Source: an uncultured bacterium
Lineage (GTDB): Bacteria > Margulisbacteria > WOR-1 > JAKLHX01
Length of the DNA: 64,000 bases
Direction of reading: 5' to 3'
NCBI GenBank assembly: GCA_964532225.1
Contig: CAZHHM010000001.1
Span: 22,846 to 86,845, forward strand
Shown: one piece after another, positions 1 to 9,853 of the stretch
Numbering within the stretch: the stretch's first letter is position 1
How the letters are laid out: each line of letters begins with the position of its first letter
Notes under the pieces: generated by a model
Seen by the model: the letters and a program-made list of their open reading frames with translations, nothing else
What the model was told of the DNA's origin: nothing
Database searches by the model: none
Program-made: the position numbers and the translations under genes

Positions 1-1066
1 CATTGTCCGACGGGTCCACCGCTATCGAGCTGTACGGATACAGCGAGGCGTCAAAAGAGGCGGTGACGGTCCAGACGCCGGATGAATTCGTGGTGTATTT
101 CACTTTGCTGTTGGTCTCGTCGAAATATGAGATATGCGCCTTGCCGACAGAGTCAACGCCGATCGACGTGTACTTGCCAACAGAACCGGTGTCGGCCGTA
201 TCCGTGACCCAGGACCCCGAGGCGTTGGTCGCGTATTTAAGGGTTTTTGCGGTGTCATCGTAATAGCTGACATGCGACGCGCCTGAATCGTCGACAGAAA
301 TGCCGCAATAACCGCCTCCGGCGCCCAGTCCGGTGTCCACCGTTGTAATGACCCAGGCCCCCGTAGCATAGGAGGCATGCTTTACCTGCTGGTTGGTCTG
401 GTCGAAGTAGGCGATCCTGGGAAGCCCTGAACCGTCTATGCCAAGTGACGAATATTTTCCCACATCGGCCGTCTGGTCGACGATCACGGGAAGCTTTACA
501 GTTATTACCTCGCTGGTCACGGGACTGTCGGAATACCCGGTCTTTGAGGACTTAGCCCGAAGAGTGGTCGTTGTCGAAATGCTTACAGGCGCAGTATAGA
601 GAACGGAAGGCACCGTTCCGTCGGTCGAATAATAGATGCTAGCCCCGGAAGTTGAGCAGGTTATCGTAACATCCTGCGTGGCGAAGTACGTGCCGGCCGC
701 GACGCTGAACCTCGGGGTCGCGGAAGCCGTGGTCACCTCGTAGGACGCCGAAACGACGGAACTGGGGATCCTTGGAGGGAAGTAGGCCCTTGCCTTTACT
801 TCTTTGCTGCCGGCGGAAGACAGCTTGAAGGCAGCCGTATATGTCGTTGAAGATACTGTCGGCTCGGACCCGTCAGTTGTGTACTTGATCGTAGCTCCGG
901 AGGTAGGGCAGGAGACGGAGATCTCCGTTTCGGTGGTAATGCTGCCGCCGGAAGGCGAGATGACCGGGGCGTCTACAACGGTGCCGAAATCAAGGGAGCC
1001 CCCCTGCCTGCCGCAGCCGGCGGCAAGAGGAAGGATAAATAGGGCAAGGACAAGCAGTTTTTTCAT
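1..1066 (-). CDS. Lipoprotein with tandem beta-rich repeats, partial (C-terminus runs off the window start). It begins MKKLLVLALFILPLAAGC, a signal peptide plus lipobox, followed by two Fn3/CHB_HEX_C-like segments (..YTTDGSEPT..) and repeated ~45-aa Y..D....KY units.
   Basis: Manual translation of the reverse strand from ATG at 1066..1064, whose start overlaps the ACP stop as ATGA. The lipobox is LAAGC. The ORF is not in the track because no stop lies inside the window. I did not check every codon for stops. Confidence 0.5.
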   Translation of the reverse strand, partial: MKKLLVLALFILPLAAGCGRQGGSLDFGTVVDAPVISPSGGSITTETEISVSCPTSGATIKYTTDGSEPTVSSTTYTAAFKLSSAGSKEVKARAYFPPRIPSSVVSASYEVTTASATPRFSVAAGTYFATQDVTITCSTSGASIYYSTDGTVPSVLYTAPVSISTTTTLRAKSSKTGYSDSPVTSEVITVKLPVIVDQTADVGKYSSLGIDGSGLPRIAYFDQTNQQVKHASYATGAWVITTVDTGLGAGGGYCGISVDDSGASHVSYYDDTAKTLKYATNASGSWVTDTADTGSVGKYTSIGVDSVGKAHISYFDETNSKVKYTTNSSGVWTVTASFDASLYPYSSIAVDPSDN

Positions 1067-1305
1067 TTTTTGGAGCGGTATTCCGCCACGACGGCTATGA
1101 TGTCGTTCAGCGTCTTAACCTTGTCCAGGCGCTTTTCGGGTATGTTCACGCCGTACTTCTTGTCGAGCGAGGCGAATATCTCGACCCCGAGCAGGGAATC
1201 AATGCCAAGGTCCTTGAACAGGTCGGCGTCAGGGCTTATCTTATCTTCGGGGACCTTGATTATCTTAGAGACGAGAGCCTTGATCTCGCTTTCAAGATTG
1301 TCCAT
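1063..1305 (-). CDS. Acyl carrier protein
   Basis: 80 aa with the DLGIDSL phosphopantetheine-attachment serine motif. It sits between an acyl-AMP ligase and a lipoprotein. Confidence 0.85.
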   Translation of the reverse strand: MDNLESEIKALVSKIIKVPEDKISPDADLFKDLGIDSLLGVEIFASLDKKYGVNIPEKRLDKVKTLNDIIAVVAEYRSKK

Positions 1306-1317
1306 GTTACCTCCGCA

Positions 1318-3006
1318 TCAGGAGTACATTTTTTTGACTGCGAAACGCTTGATCGAACGCTTCGGCGTCTTCGGGAGCTCCTCTTTGCTTATATAATATT
1401 TAGCAACTCTTTTATAGTCTGTCAAATACTTTCCGTACTTGTCCAGCTCCCCTCCGACAAGCTCCCTTACGAATTTCTCGTCCGCCTCTGCCCCTGCCTT
1501 GCCGGCGATGAAGGATATTTTCTCAATGTTCGGGAATACAGCCGCCGCGACCTCTTCCATGCCTTTCCTGGCCCCGTCCTTGATGACAGAGCCGAAAACG
1601 CAGATCTCAACTATGTACGGGCTTTTGGAAAGCGTGAACTCCACTTCATCGGGATAAACGTTCACGCCGCTTCCGAGCACTATCACGTCCTTGCTCCGTC
1701 CGGTTATCATCAGGTTACCGTTCTTATCGAACTTTCCGAGGTCCCCGGTGTGGAACCATCCGTCCCTGATGACCTCGGCCGTGGCTTCGGGGTTCCTGTA
1801 GTAACCCTTCATTACGTTAGGGCCTCTGGCTATTATCTCGCCGACGCCGTCATCGCTAATGCCGTCAAGCTTGAGCTCTATGCCGGGGAGCGCCTTTCCG
1901 ACAGTGCCCGCGACATTATCGTCGATGCGGGTGAAGGCAAGCACGGGCGATGTCTCGGTAAGACCGTATCCCTGAAGGATCTCAAATCCCATGTAACCGA
2001 AGTTCCTGATGAGCTCCCTGTCCAGCGCCGCTCCGCCGCTGACAAAATAGCGTATCTTGCCACCGAACTTCTTGTGTACTATACCGAACAGCTTCCTGCC
2101 GGGGTTGAACCCAAGGATATCGTTGCAGAACTTTGATATCCCGAACAGGGCTTTTAAAAGGACAAAGGAGACCTTGCCTTTCTCCTCGGCGCTCCTCCAT
2201 ATCCCGTCATAGAAAAGAGTGTATAACAGAGGGACCGCAGCTATCATAGTTACCCCGGTCTCCTGCATGTTGCGCAAGAGGCTGTGCGATTTGAGGCTTT
2301 CGGCATATGTGACCTTTGCCCCCAGATAAAATGCGGCGAACATCCCGACTATGCTCTCGAAAGTATGATAGGCCGGCAGTACCGAAAGGAAGTTGTCTCC
2401 CGGGCCGAGCATGTGGAATATTTTGCAGGACTCGACGCAGTTAGACATTATGTTCCTGTGGGTGAGCATCACTCCTTTGGGCTTGCCGGTCGTGCCCGAA
2501 GTGTAGATTATGACGGCAAGGTCCTCATCTTTGACTTTGTCCCTGTCAGGCAAAGACGGCGACTTTTCAGAAAGGATGGCCGCGTAATCTTTGTCTATGT
2601 TGACGACCTTAAGGCCGGGAAGCCCTTCTTTTATCGCCTCTACCTTTTCAAGCAGCTCGTTCGAGACAAAGATCATCTTCGAGCCCGAATCGAGAATGAA
2701 GTTCTTGATTTCAAGGGGCTCAAGCTTAGGGTCCAGAGGAACTACGACCCTGCCGGTATTGGCGGCGCCGTAATAGGTCATGGGCCATTCCGGCCTGTTC
2801 TCGGAAAGGAGCGCCACACGTTCCTGATATCCGACGCCCTGTTTTGCCATAAAAGCGCTGAGCTTTTGAACCGCATCGTGGAATGCTTCATAAGTGAAGC
2901 TCCTGTAGGTGCCGTCGTCGGTCCTCATCTGGCAATAGACCAGACAGCCGAACTTTTCTTTTGACCTGTCAAGCGCCTGAGGGATCGTGGGATATTTTTG
3001 TTCCAT
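1318..3006 (-). CDS. AMP-dependent synthetase/ligase (long-chain acyl-CoA / acyl-ACP synthetase family)
   Basis: AMP-binding motif IIYTSGTTGKPKGVMLTHRNI and YGLTETS; 562 aa; directly upstream of the ACP. Confidence 0.85.
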   Translation of the reverse strand: MEQKYPTIPQALDRSKEKFGCLVYCQMRTDDGTYRSFTYEAFHDAVQKLSAFMAKQGVGYQERVALLSENRPEWPMTYYGAANTGRVVVPLDPKLEPLEIKNFILDSGSKMIFVSNELLEKVEAIKEGLPGLKVVNIDKDYAAILSEKSPSLPDRDKVKDEDLAVIIYTSGTTGKPKGVMLTHRNIMSNCVESCKIFHMLGPGDNFLSVLPAYHTFESIVGMFAAFYLGAKVTYAESLKSHSLLRNMQETGVTMIAAVPLLYTLFYDGIWRSAEEKGKVSFVLLKALFGISKFCNDILGFNPGRKLFGIVHKKFGGKIRYFVSGGAALDRELIRNFGYMGFEILQGYGLTETSPVLAFTRIDDNVAGTVGKALPGIELKLDGISDDGVGEIIARGPNVMKGYYRNPEATAEVIRDGWFHTGDLGKFDKNGNLMITGRSKDVIVLGSGVNVYPDEVEFTLSKSPYIVEICVFGSVIKDGARKGMEEVAAAVFPNIEKISFIAGKAGAEADEKFVRELVGGELDKYGKYLTDYKRVAKYYISKEELPKTPKRSIKRFAVKKMYS

Positions 3007-3010
3007 TGCG

Positions 3011-4624
3011 TTACTCCTTAAAACCGTTAGTTATCGGCAGCCGCCTGTCCTTACCGAAGGCCTTCGGGGTTATCTTTATGCCCGGAGCCGACTGTCGGCG
3101 TTTATACTCGTTCTTGTCGATCAGCCTGACCGTATCATGAACGAGCTTTTTGTCAAAGCCCAGCGCGGAGATCCTGTCGGCGCTCTTATCGTTCTCCACG
3201 TATTCATGTATTATCCTGTCGAGAACGTCGTAAGGCGGAAGGCTGTCCTGATCTTTCTGATTTGGCCGGAGCTCGGCGGTGGGCGCCCTTTCGATAATAC
3301 TATCGGGGATCACTAATGAAACGGTGTTCCTGTATCTGGCAAGCTCATAGACGGTCGTTTTGGGCACATCCTTTATCACCGAAAGCCCTCCCGCCATATC
3401 GCCGTAAAGGGTCGAGTAGCCGGTTGAGACCTCGCTCTTGTTACCGGTCGCAAGGACAAGATATCCGAACTTGTTGGAAAAGGCCATCAGCAAAGTGCCT
3501 CTTATCCTTGCCTGAAGGTTCTCCTCGGCGATGTTCGCCGGGCTTCCCGAAAAATATGGAGAAAGATCGGTGAGGAAAGAACTGAAGATATTCTCGATGG
3601 ATATTTCCATAAGCTCAATGCCGAGGCTGCCGGCAAGAGCGATGGAGTCGTCCCTGCTTTGCGATGCCGAATACCTGGACGGCATGAATATCGCCTTAAC
3701 ATTTTCCTTTCCCAATGCGTCCGCGGCGATCGCGGCCGTTAGTGCCGAATCAATGCCTCCGGAAAGGCCGAGTATTACTTTCTTAAAGCCGTTCTTACGG
3801 ACGTAGTCTTTTAAGCCGAGACATAACGCAGAATAGATCTCTTTGATGGGAGAGTAGGGGGCAGTGACCAGTGACCGGTGACCAGTGACCAGTGGGGCAA
3901 CAAAATACACAATATCCTCTTCGAACTGCTTGCCGCGGGCGATGAGCTTTTTGTTCTTTCCCATAACAAAAGAATGGCCGTCAAAAACAAGCTCGTCCTG
4001 CCCTCCGACAAGGTTCAGGTAAGCGACCGCATTTGTCCTGCCGGCAAGCGCCTTGACCGCGGATTCCCTGTCCTTCCATTTGCCTGCATGGAAAGGAGAG
4101 GCGTTAATTGCAAGAAGCAGGTCCAGCCCTTTCCCTGCGAGCTTTTTTGCCGGTCCTTTATCATGCCAGATGTCCTCGCAGATGACCACCGCGAACTTCA
4201 GGCCGTTAATATTGAACACAGGGAGGCTAGTTCCCTGAGAGAAGTATCTTTTTTCATCGAATACACCGTAGTTAGGCAGGCAGACCTTGTCATAGACCCC
4301 AACTATCTTTCCTGACCGCAGAACGGCGGCGGAATTGAACAGACCGCCTTTTTTCCTGTTCACGAAACCCACGACAACCGCTGCCTTTCCTGCCGAAGCG
4401 GCTATCGTCCTGACAGCTTTGAGGTTCGCGTCGATGAAGCTTTTTTTGATCAGAAGGTCTTCCGGAGGGTAGCCGGTAAGGGCCAGTTCGGGAAAAGCGA
4501 TGATGTCCGCTCCGTTGCCTTCGGCTTCTTTTATGCGGGAGATGATCTTTGAGGCATTCCCATCAATATCGCCTACGGTGGGGTCGATCTGGCACAAGGC
4601 CACTCTTACGCCGGGCTTATCCAT
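3011..4624 (-). CDS. nadE: Glutamine-dependent NAD+ synthetase (CN-hydrolase domain + NAD synthetase domain)
   Basis: N-terminal nitrilase-like domain (VALCQIDP, AFPELALTGYPPEDL) and C-terminal GLSGGIDSALTAAIA PP-loop. The track start (TTG at 4645) is probably too long; ATG at 4624 gives MDKPGVRVAL. Confidence 0.88.
   Translation of the reverse strand: MDKPGVRVALCQIDPTVGDIDGNASKIISRIKEAEGNGADIIAFPELALTGYPPEDLLIKKSFIDANLKAVRTIAASAGKAAVVVGFVNRKKGGLFNSAAVLRSGKIVGVYDKVCLPNYGVFDEKRYFSQGTSLPVFNINGLKFAVVICEDIWHDKGPAKKLAGKGLDLLLAINASPFHAGKWKDRESAVKALAGRTNAVAYLNLVGGQDELVFDGHSFVMGKNKKLIARGKQFEEDIVYFVAPLVTGHRSLVTAPYSPIKEIYSALCLGLKDYVRKNGFKKVILGLSGGIDSALTAAIAADALGKENVKAIFMPSRYSASQSRDDSIALAGSLGIELMEISIENIFSSFLTDLSPYFSGSPANIAEENLQARIRGTLLMAFSNKFGYLVLATGNKSEVSTGYSTLYGDMAGGLSVIKDVPKTTVYELARYRNTVSLVIPDSIIERAPTAELRPNQKDQDSLPPYDVLDRIIHEYVENDKSADRISALGFDKKLVHDTVRLIDKNEYKRRQSAPGIKITPKAFGKDRRLPITNGFKE
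3862..3896. repeat. Heptanucleotide tandem repeat (GTGACCR)x~4.5 embedded in-frame in nadE, encoding PLVTGHRSLVTAP
   Basis: gcaGTGACCAGTGACCGGTGACCAGTGACCAGTGGggc read directly. A similar degenerate heptamer run is at 10226-10254 inside the amidotransferase gene. Confidence 0.7.
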
Positions 4625-4647
4625 GGTTGCTATAATGATATACAACT

Positions 4648-5595
4648 ATGACATCGAAATCAAACCTGCTTAAAGAGAAAACGGAGAAGGCAAGAGAGCT
4701 GTACAAAAGCTGCGTCCTGTGCGGGCACAGATGCGGCGCGGACAGGACGGGCGGTGCGACAGGAAAATGCGGGGCGGGGACGGATATCGTGCTGTCCTCA
4801 TATACGGCACATCACGGGGAAGAGCCGTTCATTTCAGGCAGCAAAGGATCGGGGACCGTATTCTTTTCGCACTGCAACCTGAAATGCGTTTTCTGCCAGA
4901 ATTACGAGATAAGCCACAAAAACAAAGGAAAGGCCGTTACGCCTGAGAGGCTGGCGGACATCATGCTCGAACTGCAGGCAAAGGGCTGCCACAATATCAA
5001 CCTTGTCACGCCAACGCACTTCATGCCGGGGATACTTGAAGCGCTTTATATCGCCCACGGCAAAGGGCTTGCACTCCCTATCGTTTACAACACCAACGGC
5101 TATGACAGCAAAGAGCTGCTGGACATACTCGAAGGGGTGGTGAACATTTATCTGCCAGACCTGAAATACCTAAGCAGGGAATCAGCAGCCAAATACTCTA
5201 ACGCTCCGGATTATCCGGAGACGGCAAAGAAAGCCATCAGGCAGATGCACGGCCAGGTGGGGGATATTTTGACCGACGACGACGAGATAGCCATCGAAGG
5301 GCTTGTGGTGAGGCACCTTGTCCTTCCGGGACACGCGGAGGAAAGCAGGAAAGTAGTTAAATATCTCGCGGGGATGTCCAAGGAGCTATGGGTCAGCATC
5401 ATGAGCCAGTACAGTCCGAGATTCAAAGCATGCGAGCATCCCGAGATCGACCGCAAGCTGACACCGGAAGAATACTGGAGCGTTATTGCCGTTGCCCAGG
5501 AAGAGAAGATGGAGAACTATTTCATGCAGGACATGAGCTCTAATGAAGCGTTCCTGCCGGATTTCAGCAAGGACGAGCCGTTCGGGGGTCAATAA
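4648..5595 (+). CDS. Radical SAM protein, PflX-like (pyruvate formate-lyase activating enzyme homolog family)
   Basis: CNLKCVFCQN CxxxCxxC radical-SAM cluster motif plus an upstream Cys-rich CVLCGHRCGADR; 315 aa. TATAAT at 4631-4636 lies only 11 nt upstream of the ATG. Confidence 0.7.
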   Translation: MTSKSNLLKEKTEKARELYKSCVLCGHRCGADRTGGATGKCGAGTDIVLSSYTAHHGEEPFISGSKGSGTVFFSHCNLKCVFCQNYEISHKNKGKAVTPERLADIMLELQAKGCHNINLVTPTHFMPGILEALYIAHGKGLALPIVYNTNGYDSKELLDILEGVVNIYLPDLKYLSRESAAKYSNAPDYPETAKKAIRQMHGQVGDILTDDDEIAIEGLVVRHLVLPGHAEESRKVVKYLAGMSKELWVSIMSQYSPRFKACEHPEIDRKLTPEEYWSVIAVAQEEKMENYFMQDMSSNEAFLPDFSKDEPFGGQ

Positions 5596-8267
5596 ACGAC
5601 CGTTCGGTCCTTATAGCCCAGTTCCTTCAGCGCGATTTCAAGTTCCGGATAGGCCAACCTAATGCAGGCAGCAGGACTGTTTGTCTTGTCAAGGAAGTCC
5701 CTTTTGCTGGAGATCAGCCCGTACAGTCCAGCTGCCGCGAACCATGCTTTTTGTCCCCGCTCCCCGGGCGTATTTCCTCTGTAGGCGACAACCTCTTTCA
5801 TGTAGATCTCAGCAGCTTTCTTATGGTCGCCCGCGGAGCGAGCTTCCGCGAACCCTTTTAATTTGTCAAGACTTGCAAGGATCTGACTTATCGCAGTTTC
5901 CCTGTTCCAGTAATTTCCGTACACCTCTTTGGGATGCAGAACATTAGGGTCGGTCTCGCTTATGATGCCGGGAACGGCCAGCTCTATCAACGCGCCGGCG
6001 CTGCAGACCTTGTCAAGATACGGCCTTACTTTTCCGAACAGTCCGTTAAGTCCGGCAATCTCCCGGAAGAAAGCGTTCTGTCCTCTTTTGTAATTCTTCA
6101 CTTTCTCACGGTATATAGCGGCCATTTTTTGCTTGTCGCCTTGCAGTCTGGCCTCGTAGAAACCGTCAAGGTTGGAATCAAGAGCGCGTAAGATCATTTT
6201 TACCGCGTAATCCCTGCTGTTCCACCAGCCGTGCTCAACCTCATGCGGAGCCAAAGCGTCAGGGTTGTCCTCGTCAATAAGACCGGGGAAAACCTTGCGC
6301 AAATACGCGCCGGTGCTGTTGTTCCTTTCAAGAAAGGATTTTTTTGAAAATATACCGTTCAGGTTTCCCTTGTCAATAAAATATTGATGATGTCCTCCGG
6401 GATAGTTGGAAACGTTAGAGCGGTAGAGCGCGGCCATATCCTTGATGTTGTTGGCGATCCTTGCATCTTTAAAGCCAGGGATGGCGTCCAGTGTCTCTCT
6501 GATGAAAAAGCAGACACTGTCCTCATGATTGAAAAAAGTGCGCTCCACCTCCCATGGCTTCAGTGCCCCGGGAAGGTTCAGGTCTAGGATCTCCGGGACT
6601 GCAAGCCTCAGAAGCGACAGCGGCTGGCTGGTCTTTGCCAGGTAGGTCCTTTTTACCCCCCACAATCCCTGAACGCCCATCTTTCGGAAGAAAAGGTTCT
6701 GCCCGCCGTAAGTGCCGTTATCCGGATCACGGTAGTTAATAACATGTTTTCTGTATATCTCGGCCATTGCCGCGACATCTCCTTTGCCGCGGGCCTTAAG
6801 GAATCCAGGCAAAGAATCGAGCACCGCAAGAACATAATTACGGGCTGTATTCTCGTTTTGCCAATAACCGTTAGGAACACAGTGCCTTTCCGACCTTCCC
6901 GAGATAAATAGCTGGCAAGCTTCGAGATAAGGAACTCCCATATCGGTAACCATTAATGGCATTATTCTGGGGTCAATAATTTTGAACTTGTTCTGGAACC
7001 GCACGACAAGACGAACCGTCCCGTTGATCAGGATCCGTCCCTCAATGACGCCAGAACTGAAGCGATTGCTCCAAACCGTGTTGCCTATGGCGAACTTGGC
7101 CATGTCAAAATCGACGATACTTTTTGGAAGAGGCATGCCGGAAAGAATTTCGCAGGCCTTCAGGTGTTTGCCGGGGATAAAAGGCAAGCAGCCTTTGTTG
7201 TTGTCCGTTTCATTTATCGCTACTATGGCAGGACCCCGCATAGCGAACTCGAGGGCCATTGTTTCTTGAGCGATGTTCAGATCGAATGATAGTTCTTTTC
7301 CCGAGAAATCACAGGTCACGAAACGCGCTCCGTCCCTCACAAAAAAGCCGGTCACGGTACCAATTCCGTGTTCAACGTGCTTTACAATATCAAAGACCCT
7401 GCAATCAGCTATTCTTGTGTCAGGAACTATCGCTGGCGCATCAACTACGTTCTTTGTTCCCGAGACAACAGGACCGGTTCCCGTCCGGTGCGCTGGCGTT
7501 CTCCCGGTTTTGCCGGCACTAAGGATCTTAATTGTTCTGTCGGAAAGTATCGCTTTTATCGAAAATCTCATTTCCTTTCCGTCCAAGGTCAATACGGTTA
7601 TCTTCCCGTTACTAGCCCTATCATTCAATATAGTTGCAGAAACGATATTCTTTCGCTTCCATTCAAACTCAACACCTGGGGCCAGATCTTCCGCGGTCAA
7701 GATGCGGACATCTTTGTGGTCGATAGCTTTGGCAAGAGACAGGATGTCTGACATCTCATACTTTTTGATCAGAATGCCGTCATGGTTATGGAACCCGATA
7801 TTAATAATATATCGGCTTGGCTTGCTTATTACATACCCTGAGGCCCCATCCAAAAAGTGCACAACATCATCGACATTTGTTTTTTCGAATTCCGCAGCGG
7901 CTGCTTCTTTTCCAAGAGATGCGAGCAAAGAGACCGGCCGCTCTTTCCTTGCCGCCGCCAATGCCAGCCCCCCAAGCCCGACAAGCATTCCCCAGTTGTC
8001 GCTGTTGGCAACCGAGGCCAGCGACAGGCGGTCGGTCAAAGCGTTCAGGTGAGGGAAAACCTCCGGCGCAAGCAAAGAGACCGCAGAAATAGCGCCGAAG
8101 GTAGTCAGCGATCTTCTTAAGGAAACGTCCCGCATTGAATTAATTCCAAGTTCAGGTCTTGCAAGCTCGCTTCCGGAAAAGAAGCTCCTTGTCCTTAAAG
8201 AAAGGTCTTGTATTCCCTGGCGCAAACGCGTCCCTATCGACGTTCTTGAAGAATATGCGCCGCTCAT
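5589..8267 (-). CDS. Hypothetical membrane-anchored protein with 4 C-terminal ~95-aa tandem repeats
   Basis: 892-aa ORF with one N-terminal hydrophobic segment (WGMLVGLGGLALAAA). C-terminal repeats have the pattern W..E...(Y)...L..L.G(F).EAR..GD....A.IYR..V.NY. Its stop overlaps pflX convergently by 7 nt. Confidence 0.55.
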   Translation of the reverse strand: MSGAYSSRTSIGTRLRQGIQDLSLRTRSFFSGSELARPELGINSMRDVSLRRSLTTFGAISAVSLLAPEVFPHLNALTDRLSLASVANSDNWGMLVGLGGLALAAARKERPVSLLASLGKEAAAAEFEKTNVDDVVHFLDGASGYVISKPSRYIINIGFHNHDGILIKKYEMSDILSLAKAIDHKDVRILTAEDLAPGVEFEWKRKNIVSATILNDRASNGKITVLTLDGKEMRFSIKAILSDRTIKILSAGKTGRTPAHRTGTGPVVSGTKNVVDAPAIVPDTRIADCRVFDIVKHVEHGIGTVTGFFVRDGARFVTCDFSGKELSFDLNIAQETMALEFAMRGPAIVAINETDNNKGCLPFIPGKHLKACEILSGMPLPKSIVDFDMAKFAIGNTVWSNRFSSGVIEGRILINGTVRLVVRFQNKFKIIDPRIMPLMVTDMGVPYLEACQLFISGRSERHCVPNGYWQNENTARNYVLAVLDSLPGFLKARGKGDVAAMAEIYRKHVINYRDPDNGTYGGQNLFFRKMGVQGLWGVKRTYLAKTSQPLSLLRLAVPEILDLNLPGALKPWEVERTFFNHEDSVCFFIRETLDAIPGFKDARIANNIKDMAALYRSNVSNYPGGHHQYFIDKGNLNGIFSKKSFLERNNSTGAYLRKVFPGLIDEDNPDALAPHEVEHGWWNSRDYAVKMILRALDSNLDGFYEARLQGDKQKMAAIYREKVKNYKRGQNAFFREIAGLNGLFGKVRPYLDKVCSAGALIELAVPGIISETDPNVLHPKEVYGNYWNRETAISQILASLDKLKGFAEARSAGDHKKAAEIYMKEVVAYRGNTPGERGQKAWFAAAGLYGLISSKRDFLDKTNSPAACIRLAYPELEIALKELGYKDRTVVY

Positions 8268-9739
8268 TGACCGCCCTCCGCTATGATCTCTATCCTTCCT
8301 CTGGACAAAAGGAATGAAAGGGAGAACAACTCCACATGTCCTTCAAAACTAACGTGGATATTGACCTCATCGTTCGGTTTTTTGTCAATTGACTTTATTA
8401 TGCCCGTCCTTGAACCGTCTATAAGGATCTTTTTCCCTTCGGTGAATGCATCCATCTTTGACCTGATGTCATCAGGGATCCTAAGTTTGCTGATACCGCC
8501 TGTATTGCTCCAGGCCTTTTGTTTTGTCTCTTTGGTCTTGCCGTCAGCGCCAAGCAAGGACGCAAGCAGCCTATCTGCCTCATCCCTGGAATATCTGAAA
8601 ATCTCTTTGGTGCCGGTAAGCATGCCTTTGTTCTCCGCAAGGAACTGCTGTGTCAGGACTTTAATGCAGGCGCTGTCCTTAAAATACACATACAGCTTTC
8701 CCGACAGCGTCCTCACCTTGACGCCAAGACCGAACGATCTGTGCTTAACGAAGGTCCAGTCATCAAAATCAGGAAAAGGGGATCGGCCTACACCGGCAAT
8801 GGGCGAAGCTCCCGAACTTACATGCTTTACGGGCCCGGGTGTTACCCGCACGACAGGTCCGTGCTCTTCTCCTGATGAATAGCGAATCGGGCTTTTGGGC
8901 TTTTCTTCGACCTCAGGTCCTTTTTCCGTCTCTTTCACGGCGATCTCAGGTACAGGAGCCGGATCAGGCTCTTTCACAGGCAACGGGCTTGCTTTTGCCT
9001 CCGCCTTTCCGTTCATTATGTCCGATATACGGACCAGATCAACGGGGAATGTGTTGAACGATTTCTTTAAGATCCCAGGAGAATCGTGCACAGCTTCGAC
9101 AGCGAATTTCAAGACCTTTTCAGACTTTCTAAAGAACACAACAAAAGCCCTTTCTTCGATATCGACCACATATCCAAGTCCTTCGGAAGTATTCTCAACG
9201 AACATGTTCTTGTGAATGCCGCTGTTCTTTTTGTCATAGATCAAAAGGGATGAGATCATTTCCTCTTCCGGGATCCGTTCTTCTGTTCCTTCAGGAAGCC
9301 TTATAACAAAGATCCTTGACTCTATTTGAGAGGAACTGAAGCTCCTGTCACCATTGGCATCTCCGGAGAACGAAAGACGGATATCGATTATTTCACCTTG
9401 TCTGTGTCCGGATAAAAGCACGGAATCGCCGATCTCAAGCTCGTTGCAGACCGTCCTTGAGATCTTGTCCCTGCTGGGAGTAAAAGCGGTGAGCCCGGAA
9501 GCTGCGGCAGCTCCCGCAAGACCCAGAGGAAGAAGGCCCTTTCCAAGACTAGCAAGATGCTGTGTGGACAAGACAGCATTGTTGTCAAACAACAGCGCTA
9601 TCCCGGCAACTGTAGCGGTAAGCCCAAGGCCTATTCCGGTCCTGTGCCTGTCGAGAAAAGCGACACATCTTTCGGAATACGGCCTCAGCATAGGCCTTTC
9701 CGTACGCAACTGCAATCTTTTGGATGCTCCAATACCCAT
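8264..9739 (-). CDS. Hypothetical protein (N-terminal TM segments; small beta-rich SH3/Tudor-like segments)
   Basis: 491-aa ORF. Its stop overlaps the start of the 892-aa gene by 4 nt, so the two are translationally coupled. No recognisable catalytic motif. Confidence 0.5.
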   Translation of the reverse strand: MGIGASKRLQLRTERPMLRPYSERCVAFLDRHRTGIGLGLTATVAGIALLFDNNAVLSTQHLASLGKGLLPLGLAGAAAASGLTAFTPSRDKISRTVCNELEIGDSVLLSGHRQGEIIDIRLSFSGDANGDRSFSSSQIESRIFVIRLPEGTEERIPEEEMISSLLIYDKKNSGIHKNMFVENTSEGLGYVVDIEERAFVVFFRKSEKVLKFAVEAVHDSPGILKKSFNTFPVDLVRISDIMNGKAEAKASPLPVKEPDPAPVPEIAVKETEKGPEVEEKPKSPIRYSSGEEHGPVVRVTPGPVKHVSSGASPIAGVGRSPFPDFDDWTFVKHRSFGLGVKVRTLSGKLYVYFKDSACIKVLTQQFLAENKGMLTGTKEIFRYSRDEADRLLASLLGADGKTKETKQKAWSNTGGISKLRIPDDIRSKMDAFTEGKKILIDGSRTGIIKSIDKKPNDEVNIHVSFEGHVELFSLSFLLSRGRIEIIAEGGQ

Positions 9740-9853
9740 CGGGAATTAATCGGCAGAAAAGAGGTGGGATTTCAGGAAAAAACGTATTTCAGCCTCTCTT
9801 TGGCTTTGCCACGGGAAGAGGGGGAAAGTGATGAATTCTATAGTGGGGCAGCT

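Noticed and set aside
2284-2964. 226-aa plus-strand ORF inside the AMP-ligase gene
   Set aside because: Antisense to a gene with a canonical AMP-binding signature.
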